Origin: an uncultured virus (IMG/VR IMGVR_UViG_3300023174_008763)
Lineage: Duplodnaviria > Heunggongvirae > Uroviricota > Caudoviricetes
Virus record (IMG/VR): IMGVR_UViG_3300023174_008763
Reading direction: 5' to 3' (one strand)
Length of the DNA stretch: 64,000 nucleotides
The translations under genes were made by a program, and so were the position numbers. Under the pieces are notes generated by a model that saw only the letters and a list, made by a program, of their open reading frames with translations, did no database searches and was not told the origin of the DNA. Positions 40,083 to 49,979 of this stretch are shown piece by piece (position 1 is the first letter of the stretch; each line of letters opens with the position of its first letter).

Positions 40083-42218
40083 TCATTTTGGTTTTTGAGA
40101 TTCCCTGTTTTTTTGATTGTACACATTCGCTTGTTTTTTGAATTTGGGATTGAATGGCTTTATTTCATCCAAAGGTACATTTTGGTCTAGAACCATTTCT
40201 ACATAATCTCTTAAAGATGAAAATTCTAGAGCAGAATTTTCTACCAAAGGATCAAGATCATTTAATAATTGCATCCTTTGATGAAAAGGTTTCATATTTA
40301 GATCTTTTTCTCTTTTAAGTCTTTCTCTAAATGCTGGCGAAGAAAATTCTTTTGAATTAAAACTTTGCTTCAATATTCTTTGATATTGAATTGTTTTAAA
40401 CAAAGCTTGTGATTCTAATTCTTTTTTACATCCAGCAAGATAAGCCACATTTTTTTCATATTGTTTAACAGTGGTGACTCCATCTTTATTCACTGAGACG
40501 AATGGTTCAATTAAGTTTTTATTTTTTGTTATTACTTTTTCATATGCGCTGCCCTGAATTATCTCACCTGTTTTTGTGTAAAGAATATTAGCTTTATTCA
40601 ATTGATTTTGAATCATTTGATGTCTTTGGCTTTCATTCTTAAAATCATATAATGATATTGATTTACAATTCATCACATCGGCGCACAATTCTTCTGTTGC
40701 TTCTTTAACAGGAGTTTTTTCAGTGTAGTCTATAATCGCTTGAAGTCTTTCAATTTTCTTTTTAATGAAGAGATCTGTGTTTTCAATTTTTTTCCTGAAT
40801 TCTTCTGCTCTTTTTTCTAGTTTTTTGTAATCATCTGAATTTTTATCTTCAATTTCTGACATTTTTTTCAAAATCTTTTCCAGATCGGGTTTCAAGGCAT
40901 TAATTTCTTTTTGGCTTCCCTCGGCAGTTTCTAATTGTTTAATTTGTTCTTTAATCTTTGATATTTCTGCATCAGATTTAATATAGCCAAAATACTCACC
41001 AATTAAAACTACTTGAGGCCTAATATTCACTGGCATGTTGTTCTCAAACTCAACAACATTACAATACAAAACAAAATCTATAATAAAGTGAGATTTATTT
41101 TTTGTGAAATCATCAGGTTTAGCAATTTTCATTCTTGAAGGTATACAATTCAATCCGTATATATTTCTTATATCTTGAATTGCATACATTTCATTTTTGC
41201 TACTGAAGCTGTACCCTGGATATTCTGAATCTTCAAATTTCATCTTTGATGATTCTTCCAACTTATCTACTATTTCTGAATAATCTTCATCAAAAAGATC
41301 ACATAAATAAGAAACAAAAGCCACTTGGTCTTTTCCAAATGTTCTTATGAATAATGGCCTCAATGCTTGTTGATCTTTGTTTCTCATTCTCGCATTTTCA
41401 TTCAGAGACATCGCAGCCGCGATATCTTGAAGTGAAAGGGGATTGTTCAAATCTACCCCGAGAATTTCAAGCTCAGATTTGTTTATTTTATCGCCTGCTT
41501 CAGATGGGCGATTCCATTCTTGTTCAGCTTTTCTGCTTCTCATCCCAGAAGTGCTAAACTGCATTTCACTCAACAATGTTTCTTTGGTAATAGGCGGAAA
41601 TATTTCGTAAAGCTCTTTTGTTATTATTTCTTTAATATCTTCGGGCAAATCTTTAGTTTGAACAATTTGTTTTATGATTGAAATTTGATTACCTGTATAT
41701 CCACTAATTATGCTATTAAAATTCCTTTGCACGTAGACGATTTTTTCAGCAATTGATCTTTTTGTTTCTTCCAGGTCTTCATTTGGTTTTTGATTTTTTA
41801 ATGCGATATTATTTATCAAATCCGAAAAGTCTTTGAAAACTTTTCCTAAAGATTTTGACGTATCTTTACTACTTGATGTAGATGAAGTGGCAAGCAGTAT
41901 TTGGTTTTTTTCCTCGTTACTAAGATTCAAATCATCTAAAGTGGCAAGAAGATCTTCTACTTTAGATTTTTCTTCTTCAATCAATTTTGCTCTTATAGCT
42001 CGGATTTGCTTAGTAAGTAATTCTAAATTTTGTGAGTATAATTCTCTGAGCTTACTTTTTCCAGATGTCATCACTCCATGCAATGCTTCGCTATATGGAA
42101 CTCCATGTTCTTCGTATTTTCGACGAATTATTTCTTCATCTAATTTTTGTTTTACAAGTTCTCTTACTTCATCTTGAATCTTTAAAGCATATTTATTAAA
42201 TCGAGAAAAATTGAACAC
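40083..42218 (-). CDS. Large coiled-coil protein with putative PD-(D/E)xK-like nuclease core
   Basis: SKNE..., IIDFVL, IGEYFG, Y..K...KE pattern; N-term MFNFSRFNKYA. Confidence 0.55.
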   Translation of the reverse strand: MFNFSRFNKYALKIQDEVRELVKQKLDEEIIRRKYEEHGVPYSEALHGVMTSGKSKLRELYSQNLELLTKQIRAIRAKLIEEEKSKVEDLLATLDDLNLSNEEKNQILLATSSTSSSKDTSKSLGKVFKDFSDLINNIALKNQKPNEDLEETKRSIAEKIVYVQRNFNSIISGYTGNQISIIKQIVQTKDLPEDIKEIITKELYEIFPPITKETLLSEMQFSTSGMRSRKAEQEWNRPSEAGDKINKSELEILGVDLNNPLSLQDIAAAMSLNENARMRNKDQQALRPLFIRTFGKDQVAFVSYLCDLFDEDYSEIVDKLEESSKMKFEDSEYPGYSFSSKNEMYAIQDIRNIYGLNCIPSRMKIAKPDDFTKNKSHFIIDFVLYCNVVEFENNMPVNIRPQVVLIGEYFGYIKSDAEISKIKEQIKQLETAEGSQKEINALKPDLEKILKKMSEIEDKNSDDYKKLEKRAEEFRKKIENTDLFIKKKIERLQAIIDYTEKTPVKEATEELCADVMNCKSISLYDFKNESQRHQMIQNQLNKANILYTKTGEIIQGSAYEKVITKNKNLIEPFVSVNKDGVTTVKQYEKNVAYLAGCKKELESQALFKTIQYQRILKQSFNSKEFSSPAFRERLKREKDLNMKPFHQRMQLLNDLDPLVENSALEFSSLRDYVEMVLDQNVPLDEIKPFNPKFKKQANVYNQKNRESQKPK

Positions 42219-42281
42219 ATATATATTTTAAAAGAAAACTAATTGGAATCCTAACCGCATGCGCCGTATAATAATAATAAT

Positions 42282-42902
42282 ATGGTTATAATAGTGGGTT
42301 ATCGGAAGAGAGTAGGTAAAGATTCATTTTTTCAAATAGTAAAAGATCTTTACCCAGGCAAAAAAGTAATTAGGGTAGCTTTTGCTGATGCTTTAAAAGA
42401 TGAAATTTATGAGCGAATTTTAAAACCGAACCATTTGGACAAAGATGTATTAGAAGATGATGTAACAAAATCTGTGATGCGACCAATGATGCAATGGTAT
42501 GGCACTCAGTTTAAAAGAAATCCTTTATTTAAGGGAAACCCAGACCATTGGATTGATAAGGCAGTGGAAAAAATTAAAGACTATTCTCCCAATCTATGGC
42601 ACAAAATTTTGAGAAAATTTAAATTTGCTCATTATTATTTCTTAAATAATAAGAATGTAATATTTGTTATTACAGATGGAAGATTTTCAAATGAAATAAT
42701 CAAATCAAAATCTGAGCTTAATGCCATTGCAATTAATATCACTAGACGTAGTGTGTTTGATCCAAATGATCAGCATATTTCGGAGATAGAACTTGATAGT
42801 CATTTGAGTTTATTTGATTACACAATTGAAAACGATGGCACCTTAGATGAATACCGAGAAAAAATTAAAAAATTAATGAATAATATCTTGCAGAATGTTT
42901 AA
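42282..42902 (+). CDS. Deoxynucleoside monophosphate kinase (phage type)
   Basis: GYRKRVGKD, AFADALK, R..MQWYGT, ITDGRFSNE, HISE, IENDGTL. Confidence 0.88.
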   Translation: MVIIVGYRKRVGKDSFFQIVKDLYPGKKVIRVAFADALKDEIYERILKPNHLDKDVLEDDVTKSVMRPMMQWYGTQFKRNPLFKGNPDHWIDKAVEKIKDYSPNLWHKILRKFKFAHYYFLNNKNVIFVITDGRFSNEIIKSKSELNAIAINITRRSVFDPNDQHISEIELDSHLSLFDYTIENDGTLDEYREKIKKLMNNILQNV

Positions 42903-43653
42903 TTTCCAAAACAAGCAAATATATGATAACATTGCGATGATGTCTCCAGAAGGTTTTCTCATGTGCTACATTGGTCGCAAGAGAGCCAATTGGTACTTAG
43001 ATAGAAATTTGGCGCGTAAAAATTCGGAAAAAGAAATACAATTGTTATTCAAACCAAATGGATTAGGCCATTATTACGACAAAGAGCGAAACATTCCGGT
43101 AAAGAACCATTGTGTTGTCTGTGGTTGCGATGATATATCTAAATTAAGCAAACATCACACCATTCCAGAATGCTTTCGCAAGCACTTTCCTTTGAGATGG
43201 AAATCATATAGGTCGCATGAGGTATTATTTTTATGTGTCTCTTGCCACGCAAAATACGAACTAGAGGCGCAAAAAATTAAATTTGATATGGTAAAAAGTT
43301 TTGGTGGAGAAAATGTTTTTAAAGAAGACGGAATAATTCGCGGCCATATCAAAACACTTCTTAAACACGCAGATTGTTTGCCGCCAGATAAAAAATTAGA
43401 TTTACAAATCGCTGTGATGATTTACCACAATGTAGATGATGTTGATGAATCCACGCTTAAAAATCTTCTTAAAAAGCAAAGAATAAGTCCATATAAACTA
43501 TATGCCGAATCAATCACAGATCATTTTGAATTTAATCGATTTTGGAAACAACATTTCATTGACACAATGAAGCCAAACTATTTGCCGCCATATTGGAAAC
43601 CAGATTATGAGCCAACTTTCGGTAAAGAAAGTAGATTTTTTGAGAATACTTAA
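42895..43653 (+). CDS. Stand-alone HNH-like protein resembling the EXD2 C-terminal domain
   Basis: YDN...SPEG..C....RANWYL..., LLFKP, N.CVVCG, HHTIP..FRKHFP...K...SHEVLFLCVSCH, WKQHFIDTMKPNYLP..W. Confidence 0.75.
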   Translation: MFNFQNKQIYDNIAMMSPEGFLMCYIGRKRANWYLDRNLARKNSEKEIQLLFKPNGLGHYYDKERNIPVKNHCVVCGCDDISKLSKHHTIPECFRKHFPLRWKSYRSHEVLFLCVSCHAKYELEAQKIKFDMVKSFGGENVFKEDGIIRGHIKTLLKHADCLPPDKKLDLQIAVMIYHNVDDVDESTLKNLLKKQRISPYKLYAESITDHFEFNRFWKQHFIDTMKPNYLPPYWKPDYEPTFGKESRFFENT

Positions 43654-44165
43654 TTGATTAATTGATTAACAAAATCTTTCATTTTATTTAGATTTTCTTT
43701 TTCATGCAGATTAAAAATCGGAATTTTTTCCGCAATAGCAATCCTAAGAGCTTGCCCTGTTCCGCCAGAAGCTTTGCCATCGGCGGTGTAGCATACAACA
43801 AAATCAGATTTTGTGCGACAATCTTTACCTAAAATCTGATATGTGTTTCTCGTCATCAATTTGATTACTGCGCTTTTGCAGGCGTAAAGATTCGGATGAT
43901 ATTGAAAAGCCAGCTCTTCCGCTCTTGTAGTTAAATCGTACAAAAGAGAGGAATTATTGTTGAAACCTTTCCAGGGAAGATATATCTCTTTTTTCCCTTT
44001 AGCTCTATCGCATCCTTTTTCAAAAGCAGAATCAGCTCCATTTGCTCCACCAGATCTAAGCACATATCCTTTTTTAGCTAAAATTTCTCCGATTTTCTCC
44101 ATAATCTGGATCACATCCTCGGGGCATTCTCTGCTTCCGATGCCAGTGTAATAAATTTCTCTCAC
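43650..44165 (-). CDS. DprA-like / SLOG family Rossmann-fold protein
   Basis: YTGIGSR, LRSGGANGADSAFE, IYLPW, RN..QILG, SGGTGQALRIA. Confidence 0.8.
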   Translation of the reverse strand: MREIYYTGIGSRECPEDVIQIMEKIGEILAKKGYVLRSGGANGADSAFEKGCDRAKGKKEIYLPWKGFNNNSSLLYDLTTRAEELAFQYHPNLYACKSAVIKLMTRNTYQILGKDCRTKSDFVVCYTADGKASGGTGQALRIAIAEKIPIFNLHEKENLNKMKDFVNQLIN

Positions 44166-44252
44166 AATTATATTGTACGGTTTTAGGTTTTATTAATTTA
44201 CAATAATAACAAAACTTTTTACCACACAATCCGTCTAACAATTAGGAGAAAA

Positions 44253-44468
44253 ATGAAAACAATTCTTAAATTATCGTTATGCACCTTGGTTTTATCATCA
44301 ATGGCACTTTGCCGCGCCCAAGAGCCACAGAGAAACAAAGTGGTGCGAAAAATTGTAATCAAACATGCAGATCCAGCATTGATCGCTTTAATTCTAGCTG
44401 GAAACAAAAATTATTGTTTGCCTTCAGAAATTTCAACAGTGCAAAAAACACCAGGAAATGGCGGCTAA
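44253..44468 (+). CDS. Small secreted protein with secretin-N-like motif
   Basis: AGGAG SD, signal peptide, VRKIVIKHADPALIALIL. Confidence 0.55.
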   Translation: MKTILKLSLCTLVLSSMALCRAQEPQRNKVVRKIVIKHADPALIALILAGNKNYCLPSEISTVQKTPGNGG

Positions 44469-44497
44469 GGTCGCTAATTTTTAATTTCCAGAACTAA

Positions 44498-44527
44498 AAA
44501 ACCCGCGCTAAATTTAGCGCGGGTTTT
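44498..44527. terminator. Bidirectional intrinsic terminator
   Basis: Perfect palindrome aaaacccgcgctaaatttagcgcgggtttt between convergent genes. Confidence 0.85.
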
Positions 44528-44544
44528 GCAATTTGAAGAAATAA

Positions 44545-44829
44545 TTAAGATTGTGTCTCTAATTCTGGCAAATATTGAGTTCGATCATACGAGCTAATCA
44601 ATTCTAGCACTTCCGATTCCATGCCATCAAATACATCTGAGACAGCTTGTAGGCTTTCTTCCACCACACGAATCTTTTCAGAGCAGTTTTTAAGTTGATC
44701 CTCATTCATATGGTCAAGAATTTGTACCAAATGTTGCAAATTAAGAAATTTAAATTTTGAGTTAAACTTATATGCCACGCCGTCGATATTATGAATAGAT
44801 AATAGAATGTCTTTCTTGAATTCAACCAT
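44545..44829 (-). CDS. Hypothetical protein
   Basis: 94-aa ORF with TGTACAAT box just upstream. Confidence 0.6.
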   Translation of the reverse strand: MVEFKKDILLSIHNIDGVAYKFNSKFKFLNLQHLVQILDHMNEDQLKNCSEKIRVVEESLQAVSDVFDGMESEVLELISSYDRTQYLPELETQS

Positions 44830-44863
44830 AATTCAATTGTACATTTTTTCATAATTAATTCTC

Positions 44864-46136
44864 CAAGGAAACCCAAGGGTCTTTAGCCCTTGGGAGGAAT
44901 TGGTGTTCAGATTATTATACGATATTTTTTGAAAAAAAGTAAATAAAAGAAGGAATATAGAAAGAAATATTGTAAAATCATTATAATGATTAAAACAATG
45001 AAAATCAAAATAATAACAAATGATTTTCAACATCGTGCTCTTCTGAGCACGATGCAAATATTTAATCAAATTTGTAATGAAATATCCGAAATTGCTTTCG
45101 ATAAAAAAGAATATAGACCTTTTCATCTACATAAAATTGTTTATTGCAATTTCAAAACGAAATATAACAATTATTCTTCTCAATTGATTATTAGAGCAAT
45201 TAATTGTGTTTCTTTGAGTTATAAATTAAAAGGCGAAAGAAGACAAAAACCTACAGGTTTTAAAAAAGCTTCTGCTGTTGTTTATGATGAAAGAGTAATA
45301 AGTTTTGACGAAGAAACAATATCTATTTGGACTACAGAAGGTAGACTAAAACATATTCCAGTTGTTATCCATAATAAAGAACTATTCAAATATCGAAAAG
45401 GTCAAACAGATTTAAAATATGAGAATGGGAATTGGTATTTGTTATGTTGTGTAGATGTTCCCGAAAAAACAAAAACAAAGACAGTGACTACAGATTGTAT
45501 TGGTGTGGATTTAGGAATTGTTCAGATAGCTACCACATCTGATGGAGATAGCTATTCAGGAACAATTATTAAACAAAAAAGAAAACAATATGCCTCACAT
45601 AGGCAACGATTGCAGAAGCGGGGAACCCGCTCTGCAATGAGAAGAATAAAAACTATAGGAAGAAAGGAAAGTAGATTTAGAAAAGATATTAATCATCAAA
45701 TAAGCAAGAAATTAGTGGAGAAAGCCAAAGGCACAAATTGTGCTTTAGCTCTGGAAGAGCTAAAGGGAATAAACAACAAAGTAACGGTCAGGAAATCTAC
45801 ACCAAAAACAAGAGATTGGAAAAATGAACGATTAAGTTGGTCTTTTTATCAATTAAGATCGTTTATTGAGTATAAAGCGTTAGAGAGCGGAGTGGAGGTG
45901 ATTATTGTTCCTTCAGCATATACATCTCAAGCTTGTTCTCAATGTGGTCATTGTGATAAAAAGAATAGGAAGAATCAATCTTCATTTGTGTGTTTGTCTT
46001 GTGGCTTCGCCACAAATGCAGATTATAATGCTTCTTTGAATATTAAATCCTTAGGGGATCAGTCAATATCCCTATTGCTCGGCTCCGCTGGAGCCTCGAA
46101 GCAAGCCCAGTGGTCTTTAGCCGCTGGGTAGTTGAC
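44864..46136 (+). mobile_element. Non-autonomous IS200/IS605-family element (tnpB only)
   Basis: Related subterminal hairpins cccaaggg-tctttag-cccttggg (44872-44894) and cccagtgg-tctttag-ccgctggg (46106-46128) ending in gtagttgac; exact left boundary uncertain. Confidence 0.85.
44986..46131 (+). CDS. tnpB: RNA-guided endonuclease TnpB
   Basis: RuvC GVDLG, LALEEL, NADYNASLNI; zinc finger YTSQACSQCG..CLSCG. Confidence 0.95.
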   Translation: MIKTMKIKIITNDFQHRALLSTMQIFNQICNEISEIAFDKKEYRPFHLHKIVYCNFKTKYNNYSSQLIIRAINCVSLSYKLKGERRQKPTGFKKASAVVYDERVISFDEETISIWTTEGRLKHIPVVIHNKELFKYRKGQTDLKYENGNWYLLCCVDVPEKTKTKTVTTDCIGVDLGIVQIATTSDGDSYSGTIIKQKRKQYASHRQRLQKRGTRSAMRRIKTIGRKESRFRKDINHQISKKLVEKAKGTNCALALEELKGINNKVTVRKSTPKTRDWKNERLSWSFYQLRSFIEYKALESGVEVIIVPSAYTSQACSQCGHCDKKNRKNQSSFVCLSCGFATNADYNASLNIKSLGDQSISLLLGSAGASKQAQWSLAAG

Positions 46137-46573
46137 TGGCTAAACACAATCTTTTTTGTTCCATCAGGGTATGTCTTTGTTCCCACTTGAACTGATCCAG
46201 TAGCATTTATTAATTCTTGCGCCCCGCCATTTCCACCAACAATTTTTGATCCATAGCAGCTAACAAAAGGTAGAACTGGTTTGCCGCTAGATCTTAGCCA
46301 ATCCTGAAAAGCCTCCACATCGCCAGATTGTAAATTACCAGCATCGCCAAAAACCAATTGACCTTCTGGAGTGCCGTGGAGTAAGTAAATACTTCTTTGC
46401 TGACCTTCGTCAGTTTTTATCTGGATTTGTTTCGGTGGATCATTTGGCCCCATTGAAATATTGCCACTGGTCACAGTGATTTCAAGATTACCACCAGAAG
46501 GGATGCTTTGACCAGCTTTATTTGGGTCTAACTGTTGATCATTAGGATCTTCTTGGCTATATCTGTACCACAT
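46043..46573 (-). CDS. Protein with putative caspase-fold His-Cys dyad; C-terminus runs into the IS right end
   Basis: YLLHGTPEG...FVSCYGS; N-term MWYRYSQ; last ~30 codons are IS-derived. Confidence 0.55.
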   Translation of the reverse strand: MWYRYSQEDPNDQQLDPNKAGQSIPSGGNLEITVTSGNISMGPNDPPKQIQIKTDEGQQRSIYLLHGTPEGQLVFGDAGNLQSGDVEAFQDWLRSSGKPVLPFVSCYGSKIVGGNGGAQELINATGSVQVGTKTYPDGTKKIVFSQSTTQRLKTTGLASRLQRSRAIGILTDPLRI

Positions 46574-46628
46574 AATCTATATTTAGAATTTGCCAGGTTT
46601 TATTCCTTAAAATCCAGCAAATAATTAT

Positions 46629-47438
46629 GTGGACACTTATCTTTTGCTGAAATTTGCGAATAATCTTGATAATCAAGGCTACTATAGAGATGCAGAAATA
46701 ATTGACACCGCAGTAAAAGAAGCCGCAAAAAGAAGAAGAAGGCCAAATTACAGAAATATAGCTATCACCTTGTCTCCTATAGTTGCTGCTATGTTATCTC
46801 AATATTTATTCACTCATAATGTAAAACAACCACAACAACAGCATATTCAACCTGCCATCCAGAGGCCGGTGGATAAACAAGCACCAACAACAATTCCTCG
46901 TGGTGATTATAAAGATTTTGTTAATTTTTTAAACAAGGAAGAGGGTGGATTTTCTCACAGAAAAAAAACATTCGATCCTGGTGGAGCAACTTATAGGGGA
47001 GTGACACAAAAAGTATATAATAGTTACCGGATTCAGAAAAAACTTCCTAAGCAATCTGTAAAAAATATGACCGAAGCAGAAAGGCACGAAATTATCAAAG
47101 AAAAATATTGGAATCCAATAAAAGCTTCTTACTTGCCACATGATGTTGCAAAAGCATTAGCGGATTGGAAATTCAATGGCGGTAATGGAACTAAAGCATT
47201 GCAAAGAATACTTGATCTTCCCGTTACTGGCAAAATGGACAAAAACACTGTTAATGCTACCTGGAAATATACAGGCCACGATGAATCAAAAGATAAAGAA
47301 CTTGCCTTGATGCTTGTTTCTGCTAGAAAAAAATATCTTGAATCTTTAAAAACTGTAAGACATCACAAGAAAGTGCCATTAATCCATTTTAATCGAGGAT
47401 GGTACAATAGATTGGATCGCCTTAAGAAGAGTTTTTAG
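46629..47438 (+). CDS. Glycoside hydrolase family 108 lysozyme with N-terminal extension
   Basis: EEGGF...DPGGATYRGVT, Y(W), FN.G, LQRIL, RGWYNRL; N-term LLKFANNLDNQG..A motif and a hydrophobic segment. Confidence 0.85.
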   Translation: MDTYLLLKFANNLDNQGYYRDAEIIDTAVKEAAKRRRRPNYRNIAITLSPIVAAMLSQYLFTHNVKQPQQQHIQPAIQRPVDKQAPTTIPRGDYKDFVNFLNKEEGGFSHRKKTFDPGGATYRGVTQKVYNSYRIQKKLPKQSVKNMTEAERHEIIKEKYWNPIKASYLPHDVAKALADWKFNGGNGTKALQRILDLPVTGKMDKNTVNATWKYTGHDESKDKELALMLVSARKKYLESLKTVRHHKKVPLIHFNRGWYNRLDRLKKSF

Positions 47439-47577
47439 CTTTAAGGGCTTCACTCATTTGTTTCATAATTTCAGATATTTCTTCTCGATTTTCAGTTGTA
47501 TACGACTTTCCATTTATCGTGATAGTTAATTGTTGTTCGGGCTTCTTTTTGAATAAATTTTTAAAAAACTGAAACAT
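47422..47577 (-). CDS. Small hypothetical protein
   Basis: Start MFQF 6 nt after TACAAT of a palindromic promoter. Confidence 0.5.
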   Translation of the reverse strand: MFQFFKNLFKKKPEQQLTITINGKSYTTENREEISEIMKQMSEALKAKNSS

Positions 47578-47598
47578 GCCTATATTGTACAATTTCTT

Positions 47599-47871
47599 GT
47601 GTTTAACAAACATGATAGATATATTGTTGAAATACCCAATCCCATTAAAAGTATCAATGTTGATGAATGGCTTGATAAATTAAAAAATTGTTATTTTTAC
47701 AACAAGCAAGATTTTCTTTTTGATTGTTTTTTGCATATTCTGAATAATCAAGTGCATTTAAATTTTAATACCAAAAACCAGCTTTCGAGAGATTTTGTTG
47801 AATTTGTTCTTGCCACTCTCCCAAAAAATAAAAAAGACAAAAAACGCAGAGTGTTTAGAATTATTCCTTGA
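47599..47871 (+). CDS. Hypothetical protein
   Basis: GTG start 5 nt after TACAAT. Confidence 0.55.
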   Translation: MFNKHDRYIVEIPNPIKSINVDEWLDKLKNCYFYNKQDFLFDCFLHILNNQVHLNFNTKNQLSRDFVEFVLATLPKNKKDKKRRVFRIIP

Positions 47872-47893
47872 AGAAAATCTGTACATATATAAT

Positions 47894-48364
47894 ATGAATC
47901 AAATTTGTATTGCTAAAAAAGTTTCTCACAATAATGTTGAATTTTTAGATTTTGCTCTTGACAATAATGATAATTTGTTAGTTTTCGAGACATTTAAGGA
48001 AGCATCTGAATTTCTTAAAAAAGAAGTGGGAACCGGCGAACAATTGCTTGATTTTATTATCACTACCACTGAAGCACAAAAAAATAATCCTCGAATGCAG
48101 GAAATCCTCAACAAAGGCGGCATGAAATTCACATCACAGCCCGCTGCTCCAGTTCAAAGTAAAAAAGAAGAAGTGGAGTTTTTATTTTTGCTAGATTGTG
48201 AAGATTTTGATATTGAAAATAATAACTTGATTGTAGATAAAAGAGGAAATAGAAAGCTGGCCCCGGTAATTGCGTTTGTCGATGTTGCCAATCCTACTGT
48301 TCCAGTTCAAATTACCCATTTCGCCCTTAAGAACTTGATGGTAGATAGATCGAATCATGCTTAA
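47894..48364 (+). CDS. Hypothetical protein
   Basis: ORF; start MNQI after GTACATAT box. Confidence 0.6.
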   Translation: MNQICIAKKVSHNNVEFLDFALDNNDNLLVFETFKEASEFLKKEVGTGEQLLDFIITTTEAQKNNPRMQEILNKGGMKFTSQPAAPVQSKKEEVEFLFLLDCEDFDIENNNLIVDKRGNRKLAPVIAFVDVANPTVPVQITHFALKNLMVDRSNHA

Positions 48365-49013
48365 GCTGAAACCTGGCGGAATATTAGAACGAACAAATGG
48401 CAGAAATGAAACAAAGGATGTAACGGATCTTGCCATAACATTTCTGCATGAAAATATTGAATTTGATGAAAATGTTACTCTAAGAGATTTATTTTTAGTA
48501 ATAAATAAAGAATTAAGCCTTTTTAATTTGATTTTTGGAAATTGGATTAAAGAATATACAGATGTAATTTTAAATGGAATTCCTGAAATTAAAGAAACAA
48601 GCGCTAAAATAGACTATTTGAGAGTTTTTTGGGAAATTCATAACCACGGTGAAGAGTATAATATTCCTGCTTTTCCTTTTTTTGATGGCATAAGTATAGA
48701 AAATGGCGAAGAAAAAAAATGGGCCGTAGAATATTCGCCGATGCAGAATCACGCTCACTTACCTTTAGTGCTTGATCCATGTGTTCAAGTTTATAATTTC
48801 GAATCTAAAGAAAATAAAAAATATCCATCATCTGGATATACATTTTTTAATGTAATTCAAGGGGTTTTGTATGAGATTTCGTTTCATGGCGGACCAGAAG
48901 CAACAAAACGTGTGCTTGATGATTTGACTGCTCAAGTTAAAAGAATTGAAGCTGATGAAGAAGAACTTTTTTCTGCAGATGATTTTTTCGAAGATCTAAA
49001 AAATAATTATTAA
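48357..49013 (+). CDS. Hypothetical phage protein
   Basis: 218 aa; C-term LYEISFHGGP motif; overlaps the upstream gene. Confidence 0.6.
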   Translation: MLKLKPGGILERTNGRNETKDVTDLAITFLHENIEFDENVTLRDLFLVINKELSLFNLIFGNWIKEYTDVILNGIPEIKETSAKIDYLRVFWEIHNHGEEYNIPAFPFFDGISIENGEEKKWAVEYSPMQNHAHLPLVLDPCVQVYNFESKENKKYPSSGYTFFNVIQGVLYEISFHGGPEATKRVLDDLTAQVKRIEADEEELFSADDFFEDLKNNY

Positions 49014-49083
49014 ATCCACCGAAAGATTGCCCCATATAGCTTTAGGCAGAGTTATTTTACGGTTTTTTTCGTAAAAATATAAT

Positions 49084-49929
49084 ATGGATATCAATCGATT
49101 AAATCAAGAACTTTACGAACTTAAATCTCCCTACTTAAAAACAATTCCTTGTTTAGATAAAGGGTTTGTAAAGCTAGTTGATTTTTGTGGTTCAGACCAA
49201 AGAATTGTTCAAGCTGCAAGAGTAAGCTACGGCGATGGAACAAAATCTGTTCGAGAAGATAAAGGTTTAATTGATTACCTTATGCGAAACTTGCACACAT
49301 CGCCTTTTGAGCAAGTGTCATTTACGTTTCATGTCAAAATGCCAATTTTCATCGCAAGGCAAGTAGTGCGCCATAGAACTGCAAAACTGAATGAAATTTC
49401 AGGAAGATATTCAATCATTAAAGATGAATTTTATGTACCTGATGAATCCAGGATGTTGAAGCAGTCTTCAGACAACAAACAAGGTTCTTCGTTAGATTTG
49501 ATAGATAATCCAGCCGATCATATTGAACAAATGCAAAACGAACATAGTTTCTTGTATGCAAACTATGAAGACTATTTAGAATCTGGCATGGCCAAAGAAT
49601 TGGCGCGGATTAATCTTCCTCTCTCAACATACACTGAGTGGCATTGGACTATCGATGCGCATAATTTGTTTCATTTTCTTAAACTTCGTCTTGATCCACA
49701 CGCTCAATACGAAGTGAGAGTATTTGCTCAAGCAAAATACGACCTTATCAAACCAATTGTGCCTTATGCTTGTGAATCATTTGAAAGGCATATTCTCAAT
49801 GGCAAAAAGTTTTCTCAAGATGAAATGGAAATTATAAGAACATTTTTGAATACAGATACAATTGAAGAAATTCTAGAAACAAAAGGCTGGAAAAAATCAA
49901 AAATCCAAGAATTTTTGAACAAATTATGA
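49084..49929 (+). CDS. thyX: FAD-dependent thymidylate synthase
   Basis: AARVSY, HTSPFEQ, PIFIARQVVRHRTAKLNEISGRY, ELARINLP, HAQYEVR. Confidence 0.96.
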   Translation: MDINRLNQELYELKSPYLKTIPCLDKGFVKLVDFCGSDQRIVQAARVSYGDGTKSVREDKGLIDYLMRNLHTSPFEQVSFTFHVKMPIFIARQVVRHRTAKLNEISGRYSIIKDEFYVPDESRMLKQSSDNKQGSSLDLIDNPADHIEQMQNEHSFLYANYEDYLESGMAKELARINLPLSTYTEWHWTIDAHNLFHFLKLRLDPHAQYEVRVFAQAKYDLIKPIVPYACESFERHILNGKKFSQDEMEIIRTFLNTDTIEEILETKGWKKSKIQEFLNKL

Positions 49930-49979
49930 TTTTTGGCAGAGATTAGATTGCGATAATCAGAAAATCTTAAAACCCTCCA

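Noticed and set aside
44219..44245. Fifth copy of the promoter cassette (ttaccacacaatccgtctaacaat)
   Set aside because: Only CACACAATC matches; the rest and the spacing to the start codon differ.
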